Shown here: piece after piece, positions 8,400 through 16,754 of the stretch
Layout of the letters: each line of letters begins with the position of its first letter
Position numbering within the stretch: position 1 is the stretch's first letter
Source of the DNA: Bacteroidota bacterium
Lineage (GTDB): Bacteria; Bacteroidota; Bacteroidia; Chitinophagales; Saprospiraceae
DNA: 64,000 bases
Direction: 5' to 3'
Assembly: GCA_016124585.1 (NCBI GenBank)
Contig: WGNL01000001.1
Span: forward strand, 266,807 to 330,806
Program-made: the position numbers and the translations under genes
The notes under the pieces: generated by a model
The model's input: only the letters and a program-made list of their open reading frames with translations
Databases searched by the model: none
Told to the model about the DNA's origin: nothing

Positions 8400-9356
8400 A
8401 TGCTTTCCATCCTCATTCCCATCTTCAATTTTGATGTCAGGCCGCTGGTCAATGACCTGCATGGGCAATGTGAAGTGGTTGGGATTGGTTATGAAATCCT
8501 ATGTTTTGATGATGGTTCGACCACTGAATTTAAGCTGAAAAACAAGGAAATTTGGAAGTTGCCTAATGTCATTTATCGGGAAATGCCCCAAAACCTTGGC
8601 CGCTCTGCCATTCGAAATACACTGGGAAAAGCTGCTCGCTTTGAATATTTGCTGTTCATGGATTGCGACAGTAAGGTAGTCTCTAGTGATTTTATCAAAA
8701 ATTACGTGGACTTCACAAATGTCAGTTTGTTTCCCTTGAAACCCTCAAATAGCGGAGCATTAAATCAGCCACCCGGTGTTCCAAATGCGGTGATTTATGG
8801 TGGACGTTGCTACGCTCAAGCTTCTCCGACTGACCATTCGCTTTATTTCCATTGGTATTATGGACGGTACCGTGAGCAAACTACAGCCGCTGAGAGGAGC
8901 CGCTCGCCTTATCACGGATTTATGACCAATAATTTCCTTATATCAAAAAACACTTTCCTCAGTATACTTTTTGATGAAACGCTGCGGCAATATGGGCACG
9001 AGGACACACTGTTTGGCTTAGAATTAATGAAGCGAAACGTGCCAATCATACACATTGATAATCCGTTGGAACATGTTGGGCTGGAACCAATTGATATTTT
9101 TTTAAGGAAAACCGAGCAGGGGATTGAGAATTTGGTGAAGTTGGAGCGGGATGGAAAAAAGATTGACACGAAGTTAATTGCGGTTTATGGCAAGCTGTCC
9201 CATTTAAAAATAAATTGGCTAATTGGTGTGTTATTTTCAATGTGCAAGTCAATGATTGTCAGGCAGTTGTCTGGCAGTAATCCTAGGTTGAGGTTATTTG
9301 ATTTTTATAAACTCGGTTACCTCGAATCTTGCATGTTGAACGAGAAGTTGGATTGA
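8400..9356 (+). CDS. Family 2 glycosyltransferase
   Basis: MLSILIPIFNF N-terminus, then FDDGS and DCD (DxD-like) motifs typical of GT2. The start is moved to the ATG at 8400, because the track start at 8358 lies inside the hairpin. Confidence 0.8.
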   Translation: MLSILIPIFNFDVRPLVNDLHGQCEVVGIGYEILCFDDGSTTEFKLKNKEIWKLPNVIYREMPQNLGRSAIRNTLGKAARFEYLLFMDCDSKVVSSDFIKNYVDFTNVSLFPLKPSNSGALNQPPGVPNAVIYGGRCYAQASPTDHSLYFHWYYGRYREQTTAAERSRSPYHGFMTNNFLISKNTFLSILFDETLRQYGHEDTLFGLELMKRNVPIIHIDNPLEHVGLEPIDIFLRKTEQGIENLVKLERDGKKIDTKLIAVYGKLSHLKINWLIGVLFSMCKSMIVRQLSGSNPRLRLFDFYKLGYLESCMLNEKLD

Positions 9357-9403
9357 CTTACCTTGGCGACGTTAACCTATCTCTTCATTAAACTTTAATA
9401 AGC

Positions 9404-9934
9404 ATGAAAAAGCTCAATTTATTATTAACCGCAGTTGTACTAAGCTGCGCTACTTTAGCTCTTGCTCAAACTGAAAAAGGTGTTGTTATGATTGGAGGAA
9501 CAGCAGGCTTTGATGTTCAGTTTGAAGATTCTGACAATATTGTCGGACTTGATGTCTCACCGGGATTTGGCATTTTCGTTATTGACAACCTTGCTGTTGG
9601 CGCAGATCTTACCCTACAAGTAGTTAAGTCAGGCGATGTTACTTCCACCAGTGTTGGGTTATCTCCTTTAGCCCGATACTATTTTGGTACTGGAAACACA
9701 AGGATTTTCATCCACGGTCAATTTGGTTATTTGACCTCAAAAGTAGATTTTGGTGGTGGCAATGATTTTACCAGCAGCGGAGGTATGGTTCAAGTAGGCC
9801 CGGGAGTTGCTTTCTTTTTAAATAAGAATGTTGCCATTGAAGGAATACTAGCTTTTACTAGGTATGGCGGCGATTACGACTACAGTGATTTAGGTCTTCG
9901 GATTGGTGTTCAAGCCTATCTTAGTGGAGAATAA
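9404..9934 (+). CDS. Small outer-membrane beta-barrel protein
   Basis: Signal peptide ending ALAQ. The sequence has alternating hydrophobic/Gly-rich strands and aromatic-rich turns, and is 176 aa long. Confidence 0.65.
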   Translation: MKKLNLLLTAVVLSCATLALAQTEKGVVMIGGTAGFDVQFEDSDNIVGLDVSPGFGIFVIDNLAVGADLTLQVVKSGDVTSTSVGLSPLARYYFGTGNTRIFIHGQFGYLTSKVDFGGGNDFTSSGGMVQVGPGVAFFLNKNVAIEGILAFTRYGGDYDYSDLGLRIGVQAYLSGE

Positions 9935-9952
9935 TCGAATATTTTCAATTTT

Positions 9953-9994
9953 AAAAGGTGTTGTCTATAAATATTGGACAACACCTTTTCTTTT
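9953..9994 (+). terminator. Rho-independent terminator
   Basis: aaaaggtgttgtc / gacaacacctttt stem followed by a T-rich run, about 20 nt after the stop at 9934. Confidence 0.75.
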
Positions 9995-10088
9995 GTAAGC
10001 ACTACCCTTAATCACATATTTTCGACAAGACTAGTCTTAAATTTGCAGCTTCTATTAGCTTGACCAATTCGTAAATACCAAGTTATCC

Positions 10089-10868
10089 ATGCAAAACATT
10101 CTTTTCACCATCACAGATGCTGTTGGCATCATCCGCCTGAACCGCCCCTCTGTCTTCAATTCCTTCAATCGGGAAATGGCACTCGAACTGCAAGCTGTAC
10201 TGGACGAATGCAACAACAACCACAGCGTCAGGGCCATCTATCTGACAGGGGAAGGCAAGGCATTCTGTGCCGGGCAAGACCTTCAGGAAGTCAGTGACCC
10301 TGATAATTCACCCAGTTTTAATACGATTTTAGGAGAACATTACAATCCCATCATCGAGCGGCTGCGGGGCATCGAGAAGCCCATTGTCTGTGGGGTAAAT
10401 GGTGTAGCGGCAGGTGCAGGTGCGAACATCGCCCTAGCCTGCGATGTGGTGGTGGCTGCGGAATCGGCCAGTTTCATTCAGGCATTCAGCAAAATCGGCC
10501 TCGTGCCGGACAGCGGCGGCACGTACTTTTTGCCACGTTTGATTGGCTTTGCAAAAGCTTCCGCCTTGATGATGCTCGGTGAAAAAGTGTTGGCAAAAGA
10601 CGCCGAAGCATTGGGCATGATTTACAAAACCCTGCCCACGGAAGGCTTTGACGAAGCCGCCCAAGCCATTGCGAAACAACTCGCCGAAATGCCCACGAAG
10701 GGCCTCGGCTACACCAAACGCTTGTTGAATATGAGCTTTGAAAACATCCTAGCGGAGCAACTAGAAGCTGAGGATAAATACCAAACCTTGGCAGGGGGCA
10801 CAGCGGATTACCGGGAAGGGGTGACGGCGTTTTTGGAGAAGAGGAAGCCTGTTTTTAAAGGTTCTTAG
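10089..10868 (+). CDS. Enoyl-CoA hydratase/isomerase family protein (PaaG-like)
   Basis: Crotonase-fold signatures: LNRP...NSF, GEGKAFCAGQDL, GVAAGAGANIALACD. 259 aa. Confidence 0.85.
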   Translation: MQNILFTITDAVGIIRLNRPSVFNSFNREMALELQAVLDECNNNHSVRAIYLTGEGKAFCAGQDLQEVSDPDNSPSFNTILGEHYNPIIERLRGIEKPIVCGVNGVAAGAGANIALACDVVVAAESASFIQAFSKIGLVPDSGGTYFLPRLIGFAKASALMMLGEKVLAKDAEALGMIYKTLPTEGFDEAAQAIAKQLAEMPTKGLGYTKRLLNMSFENILAEQLEAEDKYQTLAGGTADYREGVTAFLEKRKPVFKGS

Positions 10869-10942
10869 GGTTTAAGGTTTCTGGTTTCAAGGAGAGCCGT
10901 ACGAATTTGGTATCGCCTCCCTTAAACCAGAAACCTTAAACC
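10869..10942. terminator. Heptad-repeat hairpin between convergent genes, a likely bidirectional terminator
   Basis: ggtttaaggtttctggttt(c)aagg(a)gag pairs with ctcccttaaaccagaaaccttaaacc, giving 19 bp of perfect stem plus a bulged extension. The left arm starts right after the TAG of the + gene. The right arm contains the TAA of the - gene (10936-10938). Confidence 0.7.
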
Positions 10943-11829
10943 ACTTCGCCCCATTCCTTCGTCAATTTCCGAAAATACCCCTGAATCTCTTCCAGCACTT
11001 CTAGCTTCGATTTGTTGACAATTGACCGCCCATCAATCTCATTGACCCTCGTCAGTTCGCCCATCGTACCTGTGCAAAAAACCTCATCGGCTGTGTAAAA
11101 CTCCACCAACGATAGGTTTCTTTCCAGCACGGGGATCCCATTTTCTTTGCAGATTTCAATGACCAAGCCTCGTGTGATGCCCGGTAAACACGCATCGGGG
11201 GTGGGGGAGAGCACCTGCCCATTGCGGATGCAGAAAATATTCACGCTGTTAGTTTCTGCCACGAAGCCATTTGAATCAAGCATAATGGCCTCGTCGGCTC
11301 CGGCGTAGTTGGCTTCGATTTTTGCCAAAATATTGTTCAGCAGGTTGTTGTGGTGGATTTTGGAATCCAAAAACATGGGGTTATTGCGTCGGATGCTGGA
11401 CGTGATGAGCTTGATGCTCGGCGGATAAACGGGCGGCTTCCACTCGGCCAATACGATGAGTGTGCACCCGAATTGGTTCAGCCGGGGATCCATCCCAGAG
11501 GTGATTTTTTCGCCTCTGGTCAAAGTCAGGCGGATGTGAGCGCCGTCCTGCATCCCATTGGCGTTCAGGGTTTGGTGGATGGCATCGGTGATGTACTCGT
11601 TGCTGGGCACATTGGCGAAGCAAAGCGCATGGGCAGAATTCTGCAACCGCTCCAAGTGTCGGTCTAAGCAGAAGATGCGACCTTCGTACACCCGAATCCC
11701 TTCCCAGACCGCATCGCCGCCTTGCACGGCGCTGTCGAACACGGAGACTTTCGCTTCGGCACGTGGCCAGAGGCGGTCTTTTACCCAGATTTGGATGTCC
11801 TTGTTTAGTTCGTTGAATTGCTGTTGCAC
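10936..11829 (-). CDS. Class IV (fold type IV) aminotransferase: branched-chain/D-amino-acid aminotransferase or aminodeoxychorismate-lyase family
   Basis: ETNSVNIFCIRNGQVLSPTPDACLPGITR matches the E.....N.F......L.TP....LPGITR family motif. 297 aa with a GTG start. Confidence 0.8.
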   Translation of the reverse strand: MQQQFNELNKDIQIWVKDRLWPRAEAKVSVFDSAVQGGDAVWEGIRVYEGRIFCLDRHLERLQNSAHALCFANVPSNEYITDAIHQTLNANGMQDGAHIRLTLTRGEKITSGMDPRLNQFGCTLIVLAEWKPPVYPPSIKLITSSIRRNNPMFLDSKIHHNNLLNNILAKIEANYAGADEAIMLDSNGFVAETNSVNIFCIRNGQVLSPTPDACLPGITRGLVIEICKENGIPVLERNLSLVEFYTADEVFCTGTMGELTRVNEIDGRSIVNKSKLEVLEEIQGYFRKLTKEWGEVV

Positions 11830-11835
11830 TATTTA

Positions 11836-11876
11836 AAATTGAAAATTAAAAATGGAAAATTGAAAATGAAAACTGC
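11836..11876. repeat. Heptad-periodic GAAAATN tract (aaaattgaaaattaaaaatggaaaattgaaaatgaaaactg)
   Basis: Read directly. It lies 7-47 nt upstream of the GTG start at 11829 and about 35 nt downstream of the sbcD stop. It contains the 19-mer that recurs at 13144-13162. Confidence 0.7.
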
Positions 11877-11909
11877 TGTGGATAATTATCAATCATCCAT
11901 TTTCAGTTG

Positions 11910-13124
11910 TCAATTATTTTTCTCGTTCATCCATGTCTCCAACTCCCGAAAAGTCGCCACCAATTCTTCTGCATCCTCTGGTGGCCTGCCAGCACTCTCC
12001 AGTTTTTTTCTGAAAACATCAATTGGTCGCAAGTCCTCTAATTGCTCATTTGGCATCTGCATGTCCAAGGATTGGTGTTCGTTTTTCACCTTCAGTTTAA
12101 GAATTTCAAGGTGCATGTCCTTCGTGAAATCATGTAGCAGGCCGTTCAAGTTTGGTACAAGGCGGTCGGTTTCCACCAGCACTTCCACCCACGGCGCTAA
12201 TTCGTCTTTGTAGCGCTCGTTGAGGGATTCGAGCTTCTCCTGCACTTCTTCCAGACTGCCTTCGATGGTCTTCAAACGGCGACCAACGGGTACGGTCAGC
12301 AGGCTGATTTTGTCCAGTTTATCATTTTGGAATTCCAATAGCGTCACCGATTTCTCATCCTTTGTTTCACTGAAACTGAGCGGAATTAAAGAGCCTGAGT
12401 AGCGCACCTGCTTCATGCCTCCGATGGCCTGTGGCCGATGGATATGACCTAGTGCCACGTAGCCAAACAAAGCTGGGAACTGGTCGGCACGGATATTTTC
12501 CGTGTTCCCGAGGTAGATATTGTCCTGCTTGTCGCTGGCCTCAGCGCCCGTGACACAGAGGTGGGCAGTCACGATTTTTGGGATTTTCAGCTTAGCAAGG
12601 GGGCCCATCGCATCCCCAATCGCAGTGTAGTGTGACAGAATTCCTTCCTTAATTCTTTCAATACGCTCCTGTCCCCCATCGCTAGTGGCTGCACGGTGCA
12701 GGTCTTGGTCACGCAGGAATGGAACAGCAGCTACTACGGCTTCTAGTTTGCCATTTTGGTCATTAAGTAAAATAATTTGAGAATTCGGGTCTTCGGTGGC
12801 GGCACCTACCACATGGACATTGAGCATTTGGAGCAAATCCCGTGGCGCATCCAGCATGTTTGGCGAGTCGTGGTTGCCACCTGTGATGACTACATGACGG
12901 CAATTGGTGCGGATGATTTTTCTCAAAAAACCATAGTAAAGCGCCCTCGCAGAGTTGGGCGGGTTGCCAATGTCGAACACATCCCCGGCGACGATGAGCA
13001 ACTCAACGCCCTCCTTTTCAATGGCTTGCACCAGCCAGTCTAAAGCCAGCCGATGCTCGTCCTCCCGGTCACGGGAGATGAACTTTTGGCCAAGGTGCCA
13101 GTCGGAGGTGTGAAGGACTTTCAT
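11910..13124 (-). CDS. sbcD: Exonuclease SbcD (Mre11-type calcineurin-like phosphoesterase)
   Basis: MKVLHTSDWHLGQ start, then GDVFD, GNHD and GHIH metallophosphatase motifs in order. The start is moved to the ATG at 13124, because the track's 24-codon extension has no homolog-like content. Confidence 0.9.
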   Translation of the reverse strand: MKVLHTSDWHLGQKFISRDREDEHRLALDWLVQAIEKEGVELLIVAGDVFDIGNPPNSARALYYGFLRKIIRTNCRHVVITGGNHDSPNMLDAPRDLLQMLNVHVVGAATEDPNSQIILLNDQNGKLEAVVAAVPFLRDQDLHRAATSDGGQERIERIKEGILSHYTAIGDAMGPLAKLKIPKIVTAHLCVTGAEASDKQDNIYLGNTENIRADQFPALFGYVALGHIHRPQAIGGMKQVRYSGSLIPLSFSETKDEKSVTLLEFQNDKLDKISLLTVPVGRRLKTIEGSLEEVQEKLESLNERYKDELAPWVEVLVETDRLVPNLNGLLHDFTKDMHLEILKLKVKNEHQSLDMQMPNEQLEDLRPIDVFRKKLESAGRPPEDAEELVATFRELETWMNEKNN

Positions 13125-13143
13125 GGGGCTAAGGTAGGGGTTG

Positions 13144-13162
13144 AATGGAAAATAGAAAATGA
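13144..13162. repeat. Second copy of the 19-mer AATGGAAAAT(A/T)GAAAATGA
   Basis: 18/19 identity with 11851-11869, in the same orientation. It lies 20 nt upstream of the sbcD start. Confidence 0.7.
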
Positions 13163-13188
13163 GTGGAGGGTAATAAGTGAAAATTGAA

Positions 13189-13506
13189 TTACTCAATTAT
13201 TGAATTCTGAGGATTGCTTTTATCATATTTAATTTCAATTGAGTCACCAATTTTAATATCATTGAATATAACTTGTGGCAATCTTCCATATGAATTAACA
13301 TATTTTTTCCCATTAACAATGTATTCGAATTTTATAGATTTTCCTTTGTAATTAGTTATGTCAACCACTAGTCCTTTGATGAATGCAGGATGTTTTTCAA
13401 TTGTTTTAAGTTCTCTCCTGTGGGTTATTTCAAGTTGCAAGAAAATCAATATTATCAACATAATTGGAATAAATAATCCACAAGTGATTGCTGTCAATTT
13501 CTTCAT
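13189..13506 (-). CDS. Small N-terminally anchored membrane protein (DUF3592-like), unknown function
   Basis: One N-terminal TM helix followed by a small beta-rich domain (GDSIEIKYDKSNP). The DNA is very AT-rich. 105 aa. Confidence 0.5.
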   Translation of the reverse strand: MKKLTAITCGLFIPIMLIILIFLQLEITHRRELKTIEKHPAFIKGLVVDITNYKGKSIKFEYIVNGKKYVNSYGRLPQVIFNDIKIGDSIEIKYDKSNPQNSIIE

Positions 13507-13657
13507 TGATTTTTTGATTAAAATTAAGTTGGAATTTTTTGATTACATAATTGAATTCAAAATGAGAGTTTGTTTGGCATGTTATGTTTTCCCAGAATGA
13601 ACATCGCCTTATCCCGTCCGTTTTACCAAAAATCCCTTAACATTAAATAGAAGAATC

Positions 13658-14323
13658 ATGAAAAATCAATCTTTTAAATTGGTAATGTTGGCAACTTTAT
13701 TGAGTATTTGGACATTCAGCGCCTGTAACTCAGATGGTAGCCAAACTAATTCTGAACAACATGACATCGATTCGACGATGGATGACATTTCACTACATTC
13801 TGCTTCCGATATGACAGGAGCTGAGGACTATATGGACTACTCATACAATTATATTGAAGAAGGCTATACGGAACCTGAAAAGAAAGATGAAAGCAAAGCC
13901 GTGGATAAATCTGCTGATAGGAAAAAAGCCCCTGCAAAGCTGAAAGTAAAGGATATGCCAGTGATATATACTGTTTCCCAAACAGATAGACCACCATTGT
14001 TTACTAATGATTGTTTGACGGCGAAAGACCCCCAGAAATGTTCAAATAGGGCTTTGGCGGATTGGGTAAAAAAGAACGTGAAATACCCAGAAGCAGACCT
14101 TGCAGAAGGTAGCGATGGCTTAGAGTATGTAACTTTTGTCATTAACAAAGAAGGGCAAGTTACTTCAATCAATCGTGTGGAGAGCAAGCAGGAAGCTTGT
14201 GACGGATGCTCAAAAGCTGTGTTGGATGCTGTGCTGGATATGCCTGATTGGCAGCCTGCTATGCTTGGTGGTAACCCTGTAAATGTGGTTGTAACTCTAC
14301 CCGTGCGTTTCAAAGTTCTATAA
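13658..14323 (+). CDS. Lipoprotein with a TonB C-terminal-like domain
   Basis: Signal peptide with a lipobox-like FSAC. There is an acidic/low-complexity linker, and the C-terminal roughly 90 aa (YPE.....G..G.V.V.F.I...G.V) resemble the TonB_C fold. Confidence 0.6.
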   Translation: MKNQSFKLVMLATLLSIWTFSACNSDGSQTNSEQHDIDSTMDDISLHSASDMTGAEDYMDYSYNYIEEGYTEPEKKDESKAVDKSADRKKAPAKLKVKDMPVIYTVSQTDRPPLFTNDCLTAKDPQKCSNRALADWVKKNVKYPEADLAEGSDGLEYVTFVINKEGQVTSINRVESKQEACDGCSKAVLDAVLDMPDWQPAMLGGNPVNVVVTLPVRFKVL

Positions 14324-14421
14324 AAATCACAATGAGCAATACAGGAGGTTCATGAAATTTTGATTGTTCCTCCTATATTCTTATTTCTAATTAATTCCTT
14401 TCATTACAAAAAATCTCACCA

Positions 14422-14742
14422 ATGAAAAAACTAATGATGAGTTTGCTAGCAATACTTCTAATATTTGCTGGCCTGACTACCCCAATGATGGCGGTAAATA
14501 CTACTACTCCGGTTCCAGTTGATTCAACGAGTGCTGAGGCTATGTTAGAAGTCAACAATATGACTCAGCGCTTGGAAGAAATAAAAGCGATGGATAAATC
14601 CAGTATGACCCGAGTAGAAAAAAAGGCACTTCGGAAAGAAGTACGTTCCATTAAAAATCGAATGAAAAAACTGAGTGGTGGTGTTTATATCTCCGCTTCT
14701 ACTTTGATTATTATTCTCATTCTTGTCATCATACTTGCGTAA
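14422..14742 (+). CDS. Small secreted/tail-anchored protein, unknown function
   Basis: N-terminal signal peptide, a Lys-rich helical middle and a C-terminal hydrophobic anchor (LIIILILVIILA). Confidence 0.5.
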   Translation: MKKLMMSLLAILLIFAGLTTPMMAVNTTTPVPVDSTSAEAMLEVNNMTQRLEEIKAMDKSSMTRVEKKALRKEVRSIKNRMKKLSGGVYISASTLIIILILVIILA

Positions 14743-14877
14743 AAGTATGGTAGCAAATTTAATTGTTGAGTATAAAATATTGCTTGTCTGAGTTTCAGCA
14801 TATACTGAAAATAGGGTTGTTACCGAATATGTATGGTAGCGACCTTATTTTTTATGTGAAATTGGTAAACCAAAATG

Positions 14878-14919
14878 AATAACTAAGATGGCTTTATAAT
14901 TGCAGCCTTCTTAGTTACT
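14878..14919. terminator. Hairpin between convergent genes
   Basis: aataactaagatggc / gccttcttagttact, 13 of 14 positions paired. Confidence 0.55.
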
Positions 14920-14953
14920 CATTATAGAATTTGCTCAAAAGAAAATAGAGTAA

Positions 14954-15781
14954 CTATTTCCGTATAAACATTGCATCCAATACTCCTTCGCTAAAATCAC
15001 CATATGGCTCGTTGTTGATATGCTGATAAGCCGCTGCAAGGAACACAGTTTGCGCTGCGGAAACAATTGTATGTAGCACTAATACAGCAATAAACCCTAA
15101 TACAATTCCTGCAACAGGATGTAAAACGTAACCGACAAGAAAGGCAACGATGCCAATGGCCAAGTACCCTAACAATGTGAAGATGCCAAAGCCAACATTA
15201 GCTGAAATTGACTCTCCCCACTTTTCTTTTATGATGGCACCGGAGCGCTTAACGGCGGCAATCGGAGTAAGATTTTCAAAGGCTAGTACTGGTACCACAA
15301 AATAGGTGGTAATGCTCCATACCATACCGATGATGACGATGACAATCTTGCCAATAATTCCAGCCTCTCGTTGAATCGTGCGGAGTATCATGCCCACTGT
15401 TGCAGCCAATACTGCCCATTGTAAGATGACGCCAATTCGGCTATAACTAAAGTTTAGACCTTCGGTCAATGTGACTTCATGTCCTTCAAATATACGTTTG
15501 GCGGAATATACAAGAGCCACATTGAAAAAGACGATAATGAAATAGTTGACCAGATAATAACCGAACAGCAATAGGAATTGTGGCCAGCTAGCATCGTGAA
15601 GCCAACCGCTGAAGTCCAAGCTAGACACCACGGCTACTCCGCCAAAAAAAGTGCCCAAAATCATGATAAGCGATAGGGAAGAAAATACCGGAAATAATAA
15701 CAATTTCGGGTTGTTCTGGATAATGCGAAGACTGGTCATTCCCATTTCCCAGCCATTCGAAAGTCTAGTTGAAAGCGACAT
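14954..15781 (-). CDS. Multi-pass membrane protein (DUF6159-like)
   Basis: 275 aa with about 6 hydrophobic helices. The overall layout is as I recall for the DUF6159 family, with no enzymatic motif. Confidence 0.55.
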   Translation of the reverse strand: MSLSTRLSNGWEMGMTSLRIIQNNPKLLLFPVFSSLSLIMILGTFFGGVAVVSSLDFSGWLHDASWPQFLLLFGYYLVNYFIIVFFNVALVYSAKRIFEGHEVTLTEGLNFSYSRIGVILQWAVLAATVGMILRTIQREAGIIGKIVIVIIGMVWSITTYFVVPVLAFENLTPIAAVKRSGAIIKEKWGESISANVGFGIFTLLGYLAIGIVAFLVGYVLHPVAGIVLGFIAVLVLHTIVSAAQTVFLAAAYQHINNEPYGDFSEGVLDAMFIRK

Positions 15782-16005
15782 TTGATTGTAATTAATTTTA
15801 GGTGAAAAAATGATGTCGCAATTTGAGGAGAAACTTTGTTTAATGCAATGCTAATTTCTTGATTCCATCCAAAATGATTCCATCTGCGAAACATTTGGGG
15901 AATTGATAGCTATTGGTCAATTATTAGCGTGGTACGAAGTGCGAAAGGCAGAGGTCATTTTTTGGTCAACTGATAATGTTTGAGCTACCATGATTTTGAT
16001 AAAAA

Positions 16006-16692
16006 CTATTCGATGGTGACATTATAAACCACTGATTCTCCTGCCTTAATAAAAATTGAATCATGGACAACTTTGTCTATAGAATTCTTTTTATATTGGT
16101 AATTGATGTAGGTATATCCATCTCCACCCACGTCAATAATATAAGTAGTGTCAATTGGCAAGGAATTGTTGAAATAATAACTAACCGGAATATTTCCATA
16201 ATCATATGAAAATATGAAATTGGAAATGGGATAGTTATTGTTTATGTTGAAATCAATGTTCAGCGTAGCCTTAGGTTTTAAATCAATATTAACTAGAAAT
16301 GGAACATCAAAAGCTGTTGAATCAACACGTGGAATAATGAATATTCCATCATAATTTTTTCTATCAGTAAGGTAGCCATTTTTATAAGCCGAGAATTCAA
16401 ACAAACCATTCGAGGTTTTATACTCGGTTCCATCAAAAGAGAATCTGAATTCCCCTTCCTCGTCTGTATCGAGCTCACCGATTAAATCTGAAGAGATAAA
16501 AAGTTGGTTGTCAACTAAATGCTTAATCTTTATTTTTGATTTTACACCTACATTATTATTTGGGTCAAATACCTGCCCTTGAAAAATAATGCAACCTGAT
16601 ACGCATTTGCCGTTGAACATCGGGTCTTTAGTGCAACGTATAACTATCAGTGAAATGAGAAATAATGTTGAGAAAATAGCAATATTTTTCAT
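16006..16692 (-). CDS. AT-rich putative lipoprotein, unknown function, 62 bp downstream of the 1559-aa adhesin gene
   Basis: Signal peptide with a Cys (LIVIRC). The Asn/Ile/Tyr-rich composition reflects AT-rich DNA, and the sequence looks beta-rich. Confidence 0.55.
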   Translation of the reverse strand: MKNIAIFSTLFLISLIVIRCTKDPMFNGKCVSGCIIFQGQVFDPNNNVGVKSKIKIKHLVDNQLFISSDLIGELDTDEEGEFRFSFDGTEYKTSNGLFEFSAYKNGYLTDRKNYDGIFIIPRVDSTAFDVPFLVNIDLKPKATLNIDFNINNNYPISNFIFSYDYGNIPVSYYFNNSLPIDTTYIIDVGGDGYTYINYQYKKNSIDKVVHDSIFIKAGESVVYNVTIE

Positions 16693-16754
16693 GATTTATC
16701 AGAAATAAATGAAAACATTTAAGCAAATATTTTCCAACATCACAGCACGAATCC

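Noticed and set aside
2908-13165. Heptamer and hairpin repeats as a CRISPR array
   Set aside because: The units are 7 nt and directly abutting, or form simple inverted repeats. There is no repeat-spacer architecture of 25-40 nt repeats with unique spacers, and there are no cas genes.
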